From a virus, in IMG/VR virus record IMGVR_UViG_3300045999_010503, positions 2,322-66,321 of that record: 64,000 bases of DNA; one strand, 5' to 3'. A model generated the notes under the pieces. That model saw only the letters and a list, made by a program, of their open reading frames with translations. It had not been told where the DNA came from and did not search any database. This document shows, one piece after another, positions 45,110-53,322 of the stretch (position 1 is its first letter; the number at the start of each line of letters is the position of its first letter). The position numbers and the translations under genes are program-made.

Positions 45110-46132
45110 ATGAACACCCAGACCCAAACTCAGAACGAAGGCGCGACCATTGCGCGCGCCCTCTTGACGCATGAGCGCAACGCACAAGCGCGGCGCGCGC
45201 TTTCCCCGATGAAAAGCCTTCGTCGATTCCCTGCGCGCGAGGCGCACCTTGAAACCCTACTTCCTCGCGCCCTCCGCTCGCTCGCCGTCGCCGTCGCCGA
45301 CAAGCGCGGCCGGAAGGACGCGCGCGCCCTCGCCCTCCGCGCGGAGTTGGTGACGGAGGCGGAAAGCGCGGCGGGGGAAGCCGTCGCGCTTATTTGCGCG
45401 CGCTTCCCCTTCGCCCTCTCCGCCCTCTCCGCCCGCCTCGCGCTCGTGCGCGCGGGGTATCACAAGCGCGCGTCGTTCATCGGTCCTATTGAGCCCCACT
45501 CTCTCGTGTCTGTTTTCCCTTTGCAGGTGTGGCGCGCCGCGCACAAGGCATGCGATCGCGCTTTACGAAAGATGGCGCGCGAGGTCGCGACGGAAGACCT
45601 TCCTGCCAAGTTTGACGCGGGCGCGCCTGTCTCTGAACCGGTCTTCACCGTTGGCGTGTGGATCAATCCTTGGCACGCTCGGGACGCGCGGATTGAAATG
45701 CAAGTAAGCGCGGAGACTACGCCTGAGGACACCGCCCTTGCCCTAACGGAAACGAAAATCCGCCTCCGCGCGGAACGTCTGCGCGCGGCAATCCGCGCGC
45801 GAGCGGAGGGTGGCAACGGTTATCTTGTCCGCTCAGCCTCCGCTTTCCTCCGGAGAGTTGACGCTTGGCAAGCGCGCGCGCTTGCCCTTGCTCGGGGAGA
45901 GGATTCCGCCCCGCTCCCCGTCCTCTCTTCCCGTCCTGAGAGGGAGCGCGAGACGGTGGAGACGCTGGCAATTTATGACCGCTCGGGGCGCCCGGTTGCG
46001 ACGGATGGACGGGGCGGAGTGAGTGGCACTCGCAAGCGCAAGGACGGCGAACGGTTCGCCGTTTACTCGCGCGCGTTCAAGGAAATTAAGCGTCTAGAAT
46101 ACTTCCTTGGCACGCGTCTGTCCGCCCTCTGA
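45110..46132 (+). CDS. First early gene; possibly a highly divergent ECF-like sigma factor
   Basis: 340-aa ORF with AC-rich leader; weak sigma2/sigma4 resemblance by eye only. Confidence 0.55.
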   Translation: MNTQTQTQNEGATIARALLTHERNAQARRALSPMKSLRRFPAREAHLETLLPRALRSLAVAVADKRGRKDARALALRAELVTEAESAAGEAVALICARFPFALSALSARLALVRAGYHKRASFIGPIEPHSLVSVFPLQVWRAAHKACDRALRKMAREVATEDLPAKFDAGAPVSEPVFTVGVWINPWHARDARIEMQVSAETTPEDTALALTETKIRLRAERLRAAIRARAEGGNGYLVRSASAFLRRVDAWQARALALARGEDSAPLPVLSSRPERERETVETLAIYDRSGRPVATDGRGGVSGTRKRKDGERFAVYSRAFKEIKRLEYFLGTRLSAL

Positions 46133-46346
46133 AGATAGCGGAATCACTCACGCAATACTAAGCGGAGGGGATGCGTTCTCCTCCGCTTTTTCGTGTAGCG
46201 GTTCCGCTGAAAGATAGCGGAATCACTCACGCAATACTAAGCGGAGGGGATGCGTTCCCCTCCGCTTCTTCGTGTAGCGGTTCCGCTGAAAAAGATAGCG
46301 GAATCACTCACGCAATACTAAGCGGAGGGGATGCGTTCCCCTCCGC
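46133..46346 (+). repeat. Three tandem ~80-bp hairpin repeats
   Basis: Units start at 46133, 46212 and 46293; the third is truncated. Confidence 0.95.
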
Positions 46347-46490
46347 GCAAGGGTTTTGGGTTGAATCCCACCTTGCGAAACGTCGCCCGTAGTGGTGACG
46401 CCGATACGCTGCGATAGCGTATCCTATGAGTTAGTTTGAACGTCGCCCGTAGTGGCGGCGTCGATACGGTGCGATACCGTATCCTGTTAA
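46347..46490 (+). ncRNA. Tandem 60-nt repeat with degenerate hammerhead-like architecture
   Basis: Copies at 46379-46425 and 46439-46485; GAAA, stem, GTC, stem, CTATGAG elements; compensatory base change. Confidence 0.45.
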
Positions 46491-46498
46491 ACTTTCGT

Positions 46499-46566
46499 GA
46501 GACGCGCCGAACGGCGCGCCGGGCGGGACTGCAAACCGCGGCGGTGCGCTAGGTGGGCCGTCTCCA
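46499..46566 (+). ncRNA. tRNA-Cys-derived tRNA-like element
   Basis: GAGACG/CGTCTC stem ending TCCA; GCCGAACGGC D-like arm; GCGG..CTGCAAA..CCGC anticodon-like arm; no T arm. Confidence 0.45.
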
Positions 46567-46642
46567 ACTTTCCCACAGCCCGACGAGGTGACGACGCGGC
46601 CATGACGCCGACTCGCGCACCGGGCTCTTTGTCTTTCCTCCT

Positions 46643-46885
46643 ATGAACGCTCCTCTGTCCCCGTCTATGGCCCGGCACGGCCTTGGCCGCGCCTTTCTCA
46701 TCCGGTCGCTTCCGGCCGGTCTCGTTCCCGAGGGCGAATCGCCCACTGTCGAGGACTACGGCATCGCCGCCCGCAATGACGTCGTCTTCGCCCCGGATGC
46801 CGGCGAGGCGCTGCGCCTCTGGGGTGCGTGCAACGCGTCCACCGACCGCGCCTTTGCCATCGTTCTTCCGACCGTCCTGGTCTGA
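46643..46885 (+). CDS. Hypothetical protein
   Basis: ATG after a pyrimidine-rich leader; typical codon use. Confidence 0.55.
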   Translation: MNAPLSPSMARHGLGRAFLIRSLPAGLVPEGESPTVEDYGIAARNDVVFAPDAGEALRLWGACNASTDRAFAIVLPTVLV

Positions 46886-46969
46886 CCCGTCACCCGCTTC
46901 GTCGTCACGTCGAGCCCACGCTTTCCGCGTGGGCTCCCTCGTGCCTACGCACGTCATCAAATAACCACC

Positions 46970-47737
46970 ATGTCAATCGCCACAAAGTTCAACGTCTCGA
47001 CCCTCCGGGCCATGCCCCGCGAGGACGTCGTCAACGAGGTCTGCATCAACCTCATCAGCACCGCCTACACCTACCTCAACGCCGCCAAGGGCATCGTCGC
47101 CCTCGGCGACACCGAGGCCACCCGCGCCGAGCTCACCGCCGCGCTCACCGCCGACGGCTTCAAACCCGAGCGGATCAAGAACCTCATCAAGAACGCCAAG
47201 CCGGCCGTCGACGCCTGGGCCTCCATCGTGGAGCCGGGGCACGCGACGGAGGAGTGGTTCGACCGCTGCACCCGCGACGACTTCATGGCCGCCAACAAGG
47301 CCGTATCCGCGGTGGGCGCCAAGGCGCTCGCCGACGAGGGCTACTTCAAGCTCTCGACCGGCGTCGCATACGGCAAGTTCGAGCTCGTCGTCGAGCGCGG
47401 CATGACGCAGGCCCAATATGAGGCCAAGCAAGCGGACGCGAGCCCCCCGGCCGCGGCATCCGAGTCCGGCACCCAGGATGCCACCGAGTCCAAGACGACT
47501 TCCGAGAAGACGACCACGACCAAGCCCGCGAAGTCGGTGCGCCCGGCCACGGAGGTCTTGGAGGAGAAGGTCGCCGCCGCCGAGAAAGCGGCGCTCGAGC
47601 TCCTCAGCGTCACCGACGAGGTGACGGCGCAGAAGATCCTCACCCGCCTGGCGTCCATCAAGGTCGCCGCCGATGCGGTGGTCGCCAAGCGGTTCTCCGC
47701 CAAGGCGCCCGCCGAGCAGTTGGTCGGCGCGGCCTAA
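46970..47737 (+). CDS. Hypothetical early protein
   Basis: Strong codon bias, AC-rich leader. Confidence 0.8.
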   Translation: MSIATKFNVSTLRAMPREDVVNEVCINLISTAYTYLNAAKGIVALGDTEATRAELTAALTADGFKPERIKNLIKNAKPAVDAWASIVEPGHATEEWFDRCTRDDFMAANKAVSAVGAKALADEGYFKLSTGVAYGKFELVVERGMTQAQYEAKQADASPPAAASESGTQDATESKTTSEKTTTTKPAKSVRPATEVLEEKVAAAEKAALELLSVTDEVTAQKILTRLASIKVAADAVVAKRFSAKAPAEQLVGAA

Positions 47738-47841
47738 GCCCCTCTGACGAGCACGTCGTCCGCACGCCTTCAGAGCGTGGTCCGGTCGACGGGGCTCGTC
47801 GGCATACCGAGCCCACGACGTTCGCCGTCGTGGGCTCCCTT

Positions 47842-48102
47842 ATGCCCTCAACCAAAATCAAAGTCGGCGACCTCGTGAAGGTGGTCGTCCCCGCGGACCA
47901 GCTCCGCGAGCGCGGCATCGTCGGCGCCCTCGCCGACGAGATGGCCGCCGCCCCGTCGCTCGAAGTGACGGAGGTCTGGGAGAAGTCCCTCTGGGTCCGG
48001 CACCCGGTCGTCGCGTCGAGCGAGTTCTCGCTCCCGCACCGATTCTTCCAGCGCACGTCGCCCGGGGTGTCGGCGCCGGTTTCGACCGATAGCGTATCCT
48101 GA
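47842..48102 (+). CDS. Hypothetical SH3/KOW-like protein
   Basis: IKVGDLVKVV start. Confidence 0.65.
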   Translation: MPSTKIKVGDLVKVVVPADQLRERGIVGALADEMAAAPSLEVTEVWEKSLWVRHPVVASSEFSLPHRFFQRTSPGVSAPVSTDSVS

Positions 48103-48391
48103 TTTTCAATACGGTGCGCTAGGACGCCCACTTCTATGTTTCTCTCCCTTTTTCCGGGCGCCGCGCTGACCGTGCCGCGCCCTCAAGAACTTCCCGCGCC
48201 GGCATGCGACCCGCCGGCGCGGGAGACGGCGCCCCCCGAGGGCGATGATAGCCGCCACCCGTTTTCTGGAAAGGCCGCAGGTCTCTGGAACCTGAAGGGT
48301 CGCTAGGAAACTATGACTTGTGACTAAGCCACCCGGAGGCGTTTCCGGGCGCCCGGCGAGACCGCGATAACGCGGCGCCGGGCGTGTTTCT

Positions 48392-48454
48392 GGTGCGCAC
48401 CGCGAGGCGCGGTCGGATGATAGCCCGTCGGGTTCGACTCCCGGCGCACCGCCA
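48392..48454 (+). tRNA. Shortened tRNA-like element (GAT in loop)
   Basis: GGTGCGC/GCGCACC acceptor, GCCA end, GGTTCGACTCC T arm; non-canonical D and anticodon arms; 63 nt. Confidence 0.6.
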
Positions 48455-48466
48455 AACTTTCCCATC

Positions 48467-48802
48467 ATGTCCACCAAATCCAAAGCCCGCAACGTCAAGA
48501 GCCCCACCGGCAGCGCCCGCGCCGAACTCAAAAAGACTCTCGCGAACATGCCCGCCCGGCAGGTCGCGGCCCGTCTCGACGGCACCCGAAACGCGGTGCC
48601 GCCCGTCACGCTCGCCTTCAAGGACGAGCCCGGCCACCGGGACCTCGGCCTCATCCGCCGCAAGGTCAAAGGCATCCGCGTGGCGCCCGAGAAGCCCGCC
48701 ACGAAGGGCGCCTTCGGCGGCGTTACCAAGACCGAGCGTCGGCGCCGTCAGGCCGCCAAGGAGCTCGCCGACCTGGAGAAGAACGCGGCCTTCGTCGCCT
48801 GA
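48467..48802 (+). CDS. Basic hypothetical protein
   Basis: ORF with typical codon use. Confidence 0.7.
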   Translation: MSTKSKARNVKSPTGSARAELKKTLANMPARQVAARLDGTRNAVPPVTLAFKDEPGHRDLGLIRRKVKGIRVAPEKPATKGAFGGVTKTERRRRQAAKELADLEKNAAFVA

Positions 48803-48805
48803 GCC

Positions 48806-49177
48806 ATGAAAACCCACCTCCTCAACCTCTCACCGACCGAGTTCTGCGGCGCCACCGACGCGTGCAGCTCAGGTCGCGACTTCGCCGTCGAGCACGCCAC
48901 GATGGCCGACGTCTGGGACGCCTGCCCTCGCGTCGACTGGCTCTGCTGGATTCTCGAACGCCTCGAAATCGCCCCCGACGAACGGAAGGTCCGCGAGTTC
49001 ATGTGCTGGGCCGTGACCGACACGCCGCTCCACGACGGCCGCAAAACGCTCGACCTCCTCACCGACAAGCGTAGCCGAAACGCGGTCAACGTCGCGCTTC
49101 GGTTCGCCCGCAACGAGGCGAACGCGGAGGAGCTCTCCGCCGCCGAGTCCGCCGCCCGGTCCGCCGCCGGTTCCTGA
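48806..49177 (+). CDS. Hypothetical phage protein
   Basis: DACSSG..VWDACPRVDWLCWIL..DKRSRNAV. Confidence 0.75.
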   Translation: MKTHLLNLSPTEFCGATDACSSGRDFAVEHATMADVWDACPRVDWLCWILERLEIAPDERKVREFMCWAVTDTPLHDGRKTLDLLTDKRSRNAVNVALRFARNEANAEELSAAESAARSAAGS

Positions 49178-49353
49178 ACCCGTTCCGCTCGTGAAAGACG
49201 CCCTTCTCCTCGCCGCGCTGGCCGTCCTCTGGGTGGCCGCCGGCACCATCGACTTCTACTGGCAGCTCCCATGAGACCCACCGCCTGGATCGCCTTCGTC
49301 ATCGTCGCCGTCTTCGCCGTCGGCTGCACCCTCATCGCCCACGGGCTCCTGCC

Positions 49354-50061
49354 GTGAAAACCATCCCCGAAAGTTATCGCCTCAAGGTCACCGCCTGGGG
49401 CAAGGCCAGCAACCGCAACTGGTGCTGCCGTGTCGAAATGGGCCGGCTCGCCTTCGCCGCGACGGCCGCCGAGGTGGACGCGATGATCGACGTGAAGTGG
49501 TCCTATGCCTTCACCGACATCTCACGCACCGTCCGCGCCTACCCGTGGTCGCTCACGGTCTTCGAGAACCCCGACGAGCCGCGCGAGCCCGGCGTCGTGC
49601 AGCACAGCGTCGTCAACACTCACTCGCTCCGGATCGACGTGCCGCACCTGTTCCGCGTCGCGCGGAAGCGGATATGGGACGCCATCGGGCGGGCCTCCGC
49701 AATACACGAGGTCGACTTCGACTACTCACAGATCTTCGACGTCCGGCAATTCGCCAGCAAGCCCGTCACGGTGCCGATCCTCGGCATCCTGACGCTCATC
49801 GACCTCTTTCAGGCGCGCAACTGCATCGCCTACGGCTACTTCCGCCCGGACGACTGGCGCCGTGAGTGGGCGCGGTCGCTCGCACCCTTCCGCGCCACGA
49901 AACCCGAGGCGTGGGCGAACCTGCGCCACTTCCTCGGCCAGCGCCTCCTCAACGGCACCGACCTCGTCCGCCCCGCGGGTCCCGGTGAGCTGGCCTTCCG
50001 CATGGGCGGCATTCACGGCGCGATCATCTGCCGCGGCGACGACTGGAGTTCGCACACATGA
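49354..50061 (+). CDS. Hypothetical protein
   Basis: GTG start; ends HGAII...WSSHT. Confidence 0.7.
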   Translation: MKTIPESYRLKVTAWGKASNRNWCCRVEMGRLAFAATAAEVDAMIDVKWSYAFTDISRTVRAYPWSLTVFENPDEPREPGVVQHSVVNTHSLRIDVPHLFRVARKRIWDAIGRASAIHEVDFDYSQIFDVRQFASKPVTVPILGILTLIDLFQARNCIAYGYFRPDDWRREWARSLAPFRATKPEAWANLRHFLGQRLLNGTDLVRPAGPGELAFRMGGIHGAIICRGDDWSSHT

Positions 50062-50297
50062 GCTACCCGAAAGACATCTATCTCGCCGTTGGCCGCGACG
50101 CCACCCGCGTCGAGAAGGGCCAGCTCGACCGCATCAACATCAAGCATCTCTGGCTCGCCTACACCGCGAAGTCAGAGATCGAGGAACTGGCGTTCAAGGC
50201 CGGCGTCCGCACCGCAGTCGGCGGCTCCATCTCCCACTTCGCCTACCTGGAGCCTGAGACCGTCGCTCTGATGGCGATTCGGGAGGCGAAGGGGTGA
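50058..50297 (+). CDS. Hypothetical protein
   Basis: Coupled ORF. Confidence 0.65.
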   Translation: MSYPKDIYLAVGRDATRVEKGQLDRINIKHLWLAYTAKSEIEELAFKAGVRTAVGGSISHFAYLEPETVALMAIREAKG

Positions 50298-50611
50298 ACC
50301 CGCCCCTCCTTTTCAGGCTTGCCGAGGCCTCGCCGGGCGGGCGCTTCGGACTGGTTCGACCAAGCCACGTTCGGCTAGGCGAGTGGTGTCCGCACGTCTA
50401 CCGTCAGACCTGCGCAGGCAGGGAATACTACGGCGCCGAGGCCCTTCGTTGGACGCTCGGGTCTGACGGGGTCACGGAGACTTGCTGGCACCGCCAACTG
50501 CGCTACCGAGAGGACGTTCAGGCGCCCGGACCCGACGCGGACATCCCAAAACTGGTCGGCGACGCCGACTTGACCGTCCGCACGCTACTCGCCGCGGAGG
50601 GCATCGTATGA
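50294..50611 (+). CDS. Hypothetical protein
   Basis: Coupled ORF. Confidence 0.55.
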   Translation: MNPPLLFRLAEASPGGRFGLVRPSHVRLGEWCPHVYRQTCAGREYYGAEALRWTLGSDGVTETCWHRQLRYREDVQAPGPDADIPKLVGDADLTVRTLLAAEGIV

Positions 50612-51117
50612 TCCCGCCCGCATCCACCTCGAAGCCCAACGCCTCGTCGCCGAGCGCAAAGCACCCAACTACCGCGCCGCCTGCTCGCTCATCGCGAAGC
50701 GTCGTGGTAACAAGAGTCAACAACCCGTCACCCCTCCTCGTGAAATCCCGTCAAACTACCGACTGCCCTACGCCGATTTTTAAGCGCCCGCCGATCACCA
50801 GCAAGCCCGTCACGAAGCTTACCAAGGCTCAACTCCGTGCGGTCTACCTGGAAGCCGCCGAGCGCATCCACGCCGGCGAGAACTACTACGCCTGCTCCGC
50901 TGCCAGCCATGCGGCCGGCGTCTATCAGGACGGCCCGGAACAGCCACAGACCCGCTTGATCTGGGAGACTTTCGCGCCCCATGACACCGAGCGAGACGGG
51001 GCGATATGGGCCAACCCATTCGACACGAAAGAGGACCAGGAGGCCCGTATCCTCGGTCTTCTGCTCCTCCGCGAGATGCTCCGGCCCGAACGTCGCCCGA
51101 GGTGTCGGCAAAAATAA
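50608..51117 (+). CDS. Hypothetical protein (N-terminal half may be off-frame)
   Basis: C-half VYLEAAERI..ARILGLLL looks genuine. Confidence 0.5.
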   Translation: MIPPASTSKPNASSPSAKHPTTAPPARSSRSVVVTRVNNPSPLLVKSRQTTDCPTPIFKRPPITSKPVTKLTKAQLRAVYLEAAERIHAGENYYACSAASHAAGVYQDGPEQPQTRLIWETFAPHDTERDGAIWANPFDTKEDQEARILGLLLLREMLRPERRPRCRQK

Positions 51118-51149
51118 CGCCGGTTACCTGTAACCAAAAGTTTAATACG

Positions 51150-51956
51150 ATGAGCCACGAAGCGCACAGCGAACACTACAAGGGCTGCACGATCCGACTC
51201 GTCTACGACGAGTCGCCCGACTCGCCCCGCGAGTGGAGCAACGTCGGGACGATGGTGTGCTGGCACCGCCGCTACAACCTCGGCGACGAGCAGCCGGACA
51301 GTTCGCCCGACGACTACGTCCTCCAGCTCATCGAGCTGTCTACGTGGCGGGCCGAGCTCCTCCGCCGTCAAGAGGCCGTCCGCGCCGGCGAGCTTTGCTC
51401 GGAGACTTTCGAGACCGACGAGGACCGCGAAGCGGCCGAGCAGGAGTTGGAGAGATCCATCGACGCCGTCGAGTCCGACATGGAGGAGGATGCTGCTCTT
51501 TGCTGGCAACTCTTCGACAAGGACAACATCCGTCTCCCGCTCTACCTCTACGACCACAGCGGCATCAGCATCTCCACGGGCAGCTTCTCCTGCCCGTGGG
51601 ACAGCGGGCAGGTCGGCTTCATCTACTGCTCCAAGGAGCATGCTCGCAAGGAGTGGGGTGAGAAATACAACCCCGGCATCACCGAAGAGGAAATCTGGGA
51701 GAAGGCCGAGGCCTGCCTCCGCGGCGAAGTCAAAACCTACGACGACTACCTCACCGGGCAGGTCGTCGGCTACGTTGCCGAGGACCCCGACGGCGAGCAG
51801 ATTCATTCCTGCTGGGGCTTCTACCCCGACGAGAAGGGCGACTGGCCTGACGCCATCGAGCAGGCCAAGGGCGAGATCGACGCATGGGTTGAGCAGCAGG
51901 AACGCGAAGCCGCCGAGAAAGCGTATTGGGAAACCCGCGACGTGGAGACTGTATGA
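51150..51956 (+). CDS. Acidic conserved phage early protein
   Basis: LPLYLYDHSGISISTGSFSCPWDSGQVGFIY, SCWGFY. Confidence 0.8.
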   Translation: MSHEAHSEHYKGCTIRLVYDESPDSPREWSNVGTMVCWHRRYNLGDEQPDSSPDDYVLQLIELSTWRAELLRRQEAVRAGELCSETFETDEDREAAEQELERSIDAVESDMEEDAALCWQLFDKDNIRLPLYLYDHSGISISTGSFSCPWDSGQVGFIYCSKEHARKEWGEKYNPGITEEEIWEKAEACLRGEVKTYDDYLTGQVVGYVAEDPDGEQIHSCWGFYPDEKGDWPDAIEQAKGEIDAWVEQQEREAAEKAYWETRDVETV

Positions 51957-52092
51957 CCTACTCCCTCGGCATCAACTTCGGCACCACCGTCCGGTGCGTC
52001 GGCCGCTTCCGCGGCTGCTGGGCGCACGGCGGCGGAGAGTTTCTGTTCACTGCCCGGCCGAACCTCATCCCCGCAAAGACTGAGACCCTACC

Positions 52093-52767
52093 ATGACCAC
52101 CTACACCCCCAACCTCCAAACCTTCGCCACCTGGCTCCCCGTCTTCCCCGGCTTCTGCAACACGATCTGGGACGAGTCCGACCGCTACGTCGAATACGAG
52201 CTCGATAACGAGGAGGACTTCCGGCGCAACTACCCGGAGCTCGCCGCCGTCCCGTGGGACTTCATCAAGGAGCATTTCTGGGACGTCATCAACTACCCGT
52301 CCGCCAACGGCGCCGTCGCCCGGGCTGCCCTGGAGGCCCTCCCCCGCATCCTGCCTGACGGCATGGTCACGGCGACCGAGTTCGAGGAGCTGCGCTCGCC
52401 CCGCGAATACAACTTCGGCAACGACGCGGTGAACTGCAAAATCACCGTCGACCTGTCGAACCTCCAGGGCTACCTCGCGGACCACCGTGAGGCACTCGGC
52501 AAGTATCTGCGTCGCCGCTACACGTCCCGCGACGGCTTCTTCAGCAGCTACCCCAACTACGTCGAGGCGTGGGAGGCGGCCACTGCCGGCTGGACCGACC
52601 TTGGCGGCCACTACCTCGGGGCGCTGCTCAACTTCGTCGCCCACAACGAAGATTCCGACCCGGAGTATGTCCTCTACGATGCGGCGAACGTCTCCGAGGC
52701 CTTCTCCAACTCCGCCAACCCCGACGTGGCGCGGCTGCTCGCCAAGTGGCAAGAGGTGTCGGAATAG
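52093..52767 (+). CDS. Acidic hypothetical early protein
   Basis: FPGF, SPREYNFGND, YTSRDGFFS. Confidence 0.8.
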   Translation: MTTYTPNLQTFATWLPVFPGFCNTIWDESDRYVEYELDNEEDFRRNYPELAAVPWDFIKEHFWDVINYPSANGAVARAALEALPRILPDGMVTATEFEELRSPREYNFGNDAVNCKITVDLSNLQGYLADHREALGKYLRRRYTSRDGFFSSYPNYVEAWEAATAGWTDLGGHYLGALLNFVAHNEDSDPEYVLYDAANVSEAFSNSANPDVARLLAKWQEVSE

Positions 52768-52792
52768 GGCGGGGCGGTTTCCTGTAACCAAC

Positions 52793-52975
52793 ATGCCCTC
52801 TGAACCCGAACCCACGCCCGACACCGGCCTCGACGAGTGGTGCAAGACCTATGCCCCGGCCCTCCCGGTCCGCGTCGAGGCCATCGTCAGCGAGTGGAAC
52901 CTCTGCACACCCGGCGAGCGCGAGCTCGTCGTCCGCTCGTTACTGAACGCCGTCCGCCAATCTGTCGCTACATGA
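52793..52975 (+). CDS. Hypothetical protein
   Basis: ATG after TAACCAAC. Confidence 0.55.
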   Translation: MPSEPEPTPDTGLDEWCKTYAPALPVRVEAIVSEWNLCTPGERELVVRSLLNAVRQSVAT

Positions 52976-53298
52976 TCTACCCAGTCTCCCGCACCTCCGC
53001 CGGCTACGACTTCTCCGAAACGCCGCCCGTCCCCGGCGCCATCGAGCGCCGTTACTTTAGAGTGGTCTCCGTCCCGCCCGACTGCCCTGCGGCAAGCAAC
53101 TGGCGCAGAGCCGGCACGGTCTTCACCACCGACGAGAAGGGCTGGCTGTCTCGCCTGGAAGAGACCAGGGAGTGGGCCGTCGAGACCCCCGACCTCGCCG
53201 CCTTCGTCCGCGAGCATGGCCAGTGTGTCGTCAAGTGGGACGCCGAGCGCGCCGACCCCTGCCTTTGCATCGAAATCTACGACGACTACCGCGAGTAA
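52972..53298 (+). CDS. Hypothetical protein
   Basis: Ends IEIYDDYRE, a common phage C-terminus. Confidence 0.7.
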   Translation: MIYPVSRTSAGYDFSETPPVPGAIERRYFRVVSVPPDCPAASNWRRAGTVFTTDEKGWLSRLEETREWAVETPDLAAFVREHGQCVVKWDAERADPCLCIEIYDDYRE

Positions 53299-53322
53299 CA
53301 ACACTCAACACCCGAACCGACC

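Noticed and set aside
46133-46346. CRISPR array
   Set aside because: Units are near-identical end to end, with no unique spacers and no cas operon
47745-47802. Hammerhead starting CTGACGAG
   Set aside because: No GAAA core element; CTGACGAGC simply pairs with GCTCGTCGG as a hairpin
48710-48745. FGGVTKTERRR as a sixth copy of the tag
   Set aside because: Spacing differs, no hydrophobic pair follows and it is not terminal
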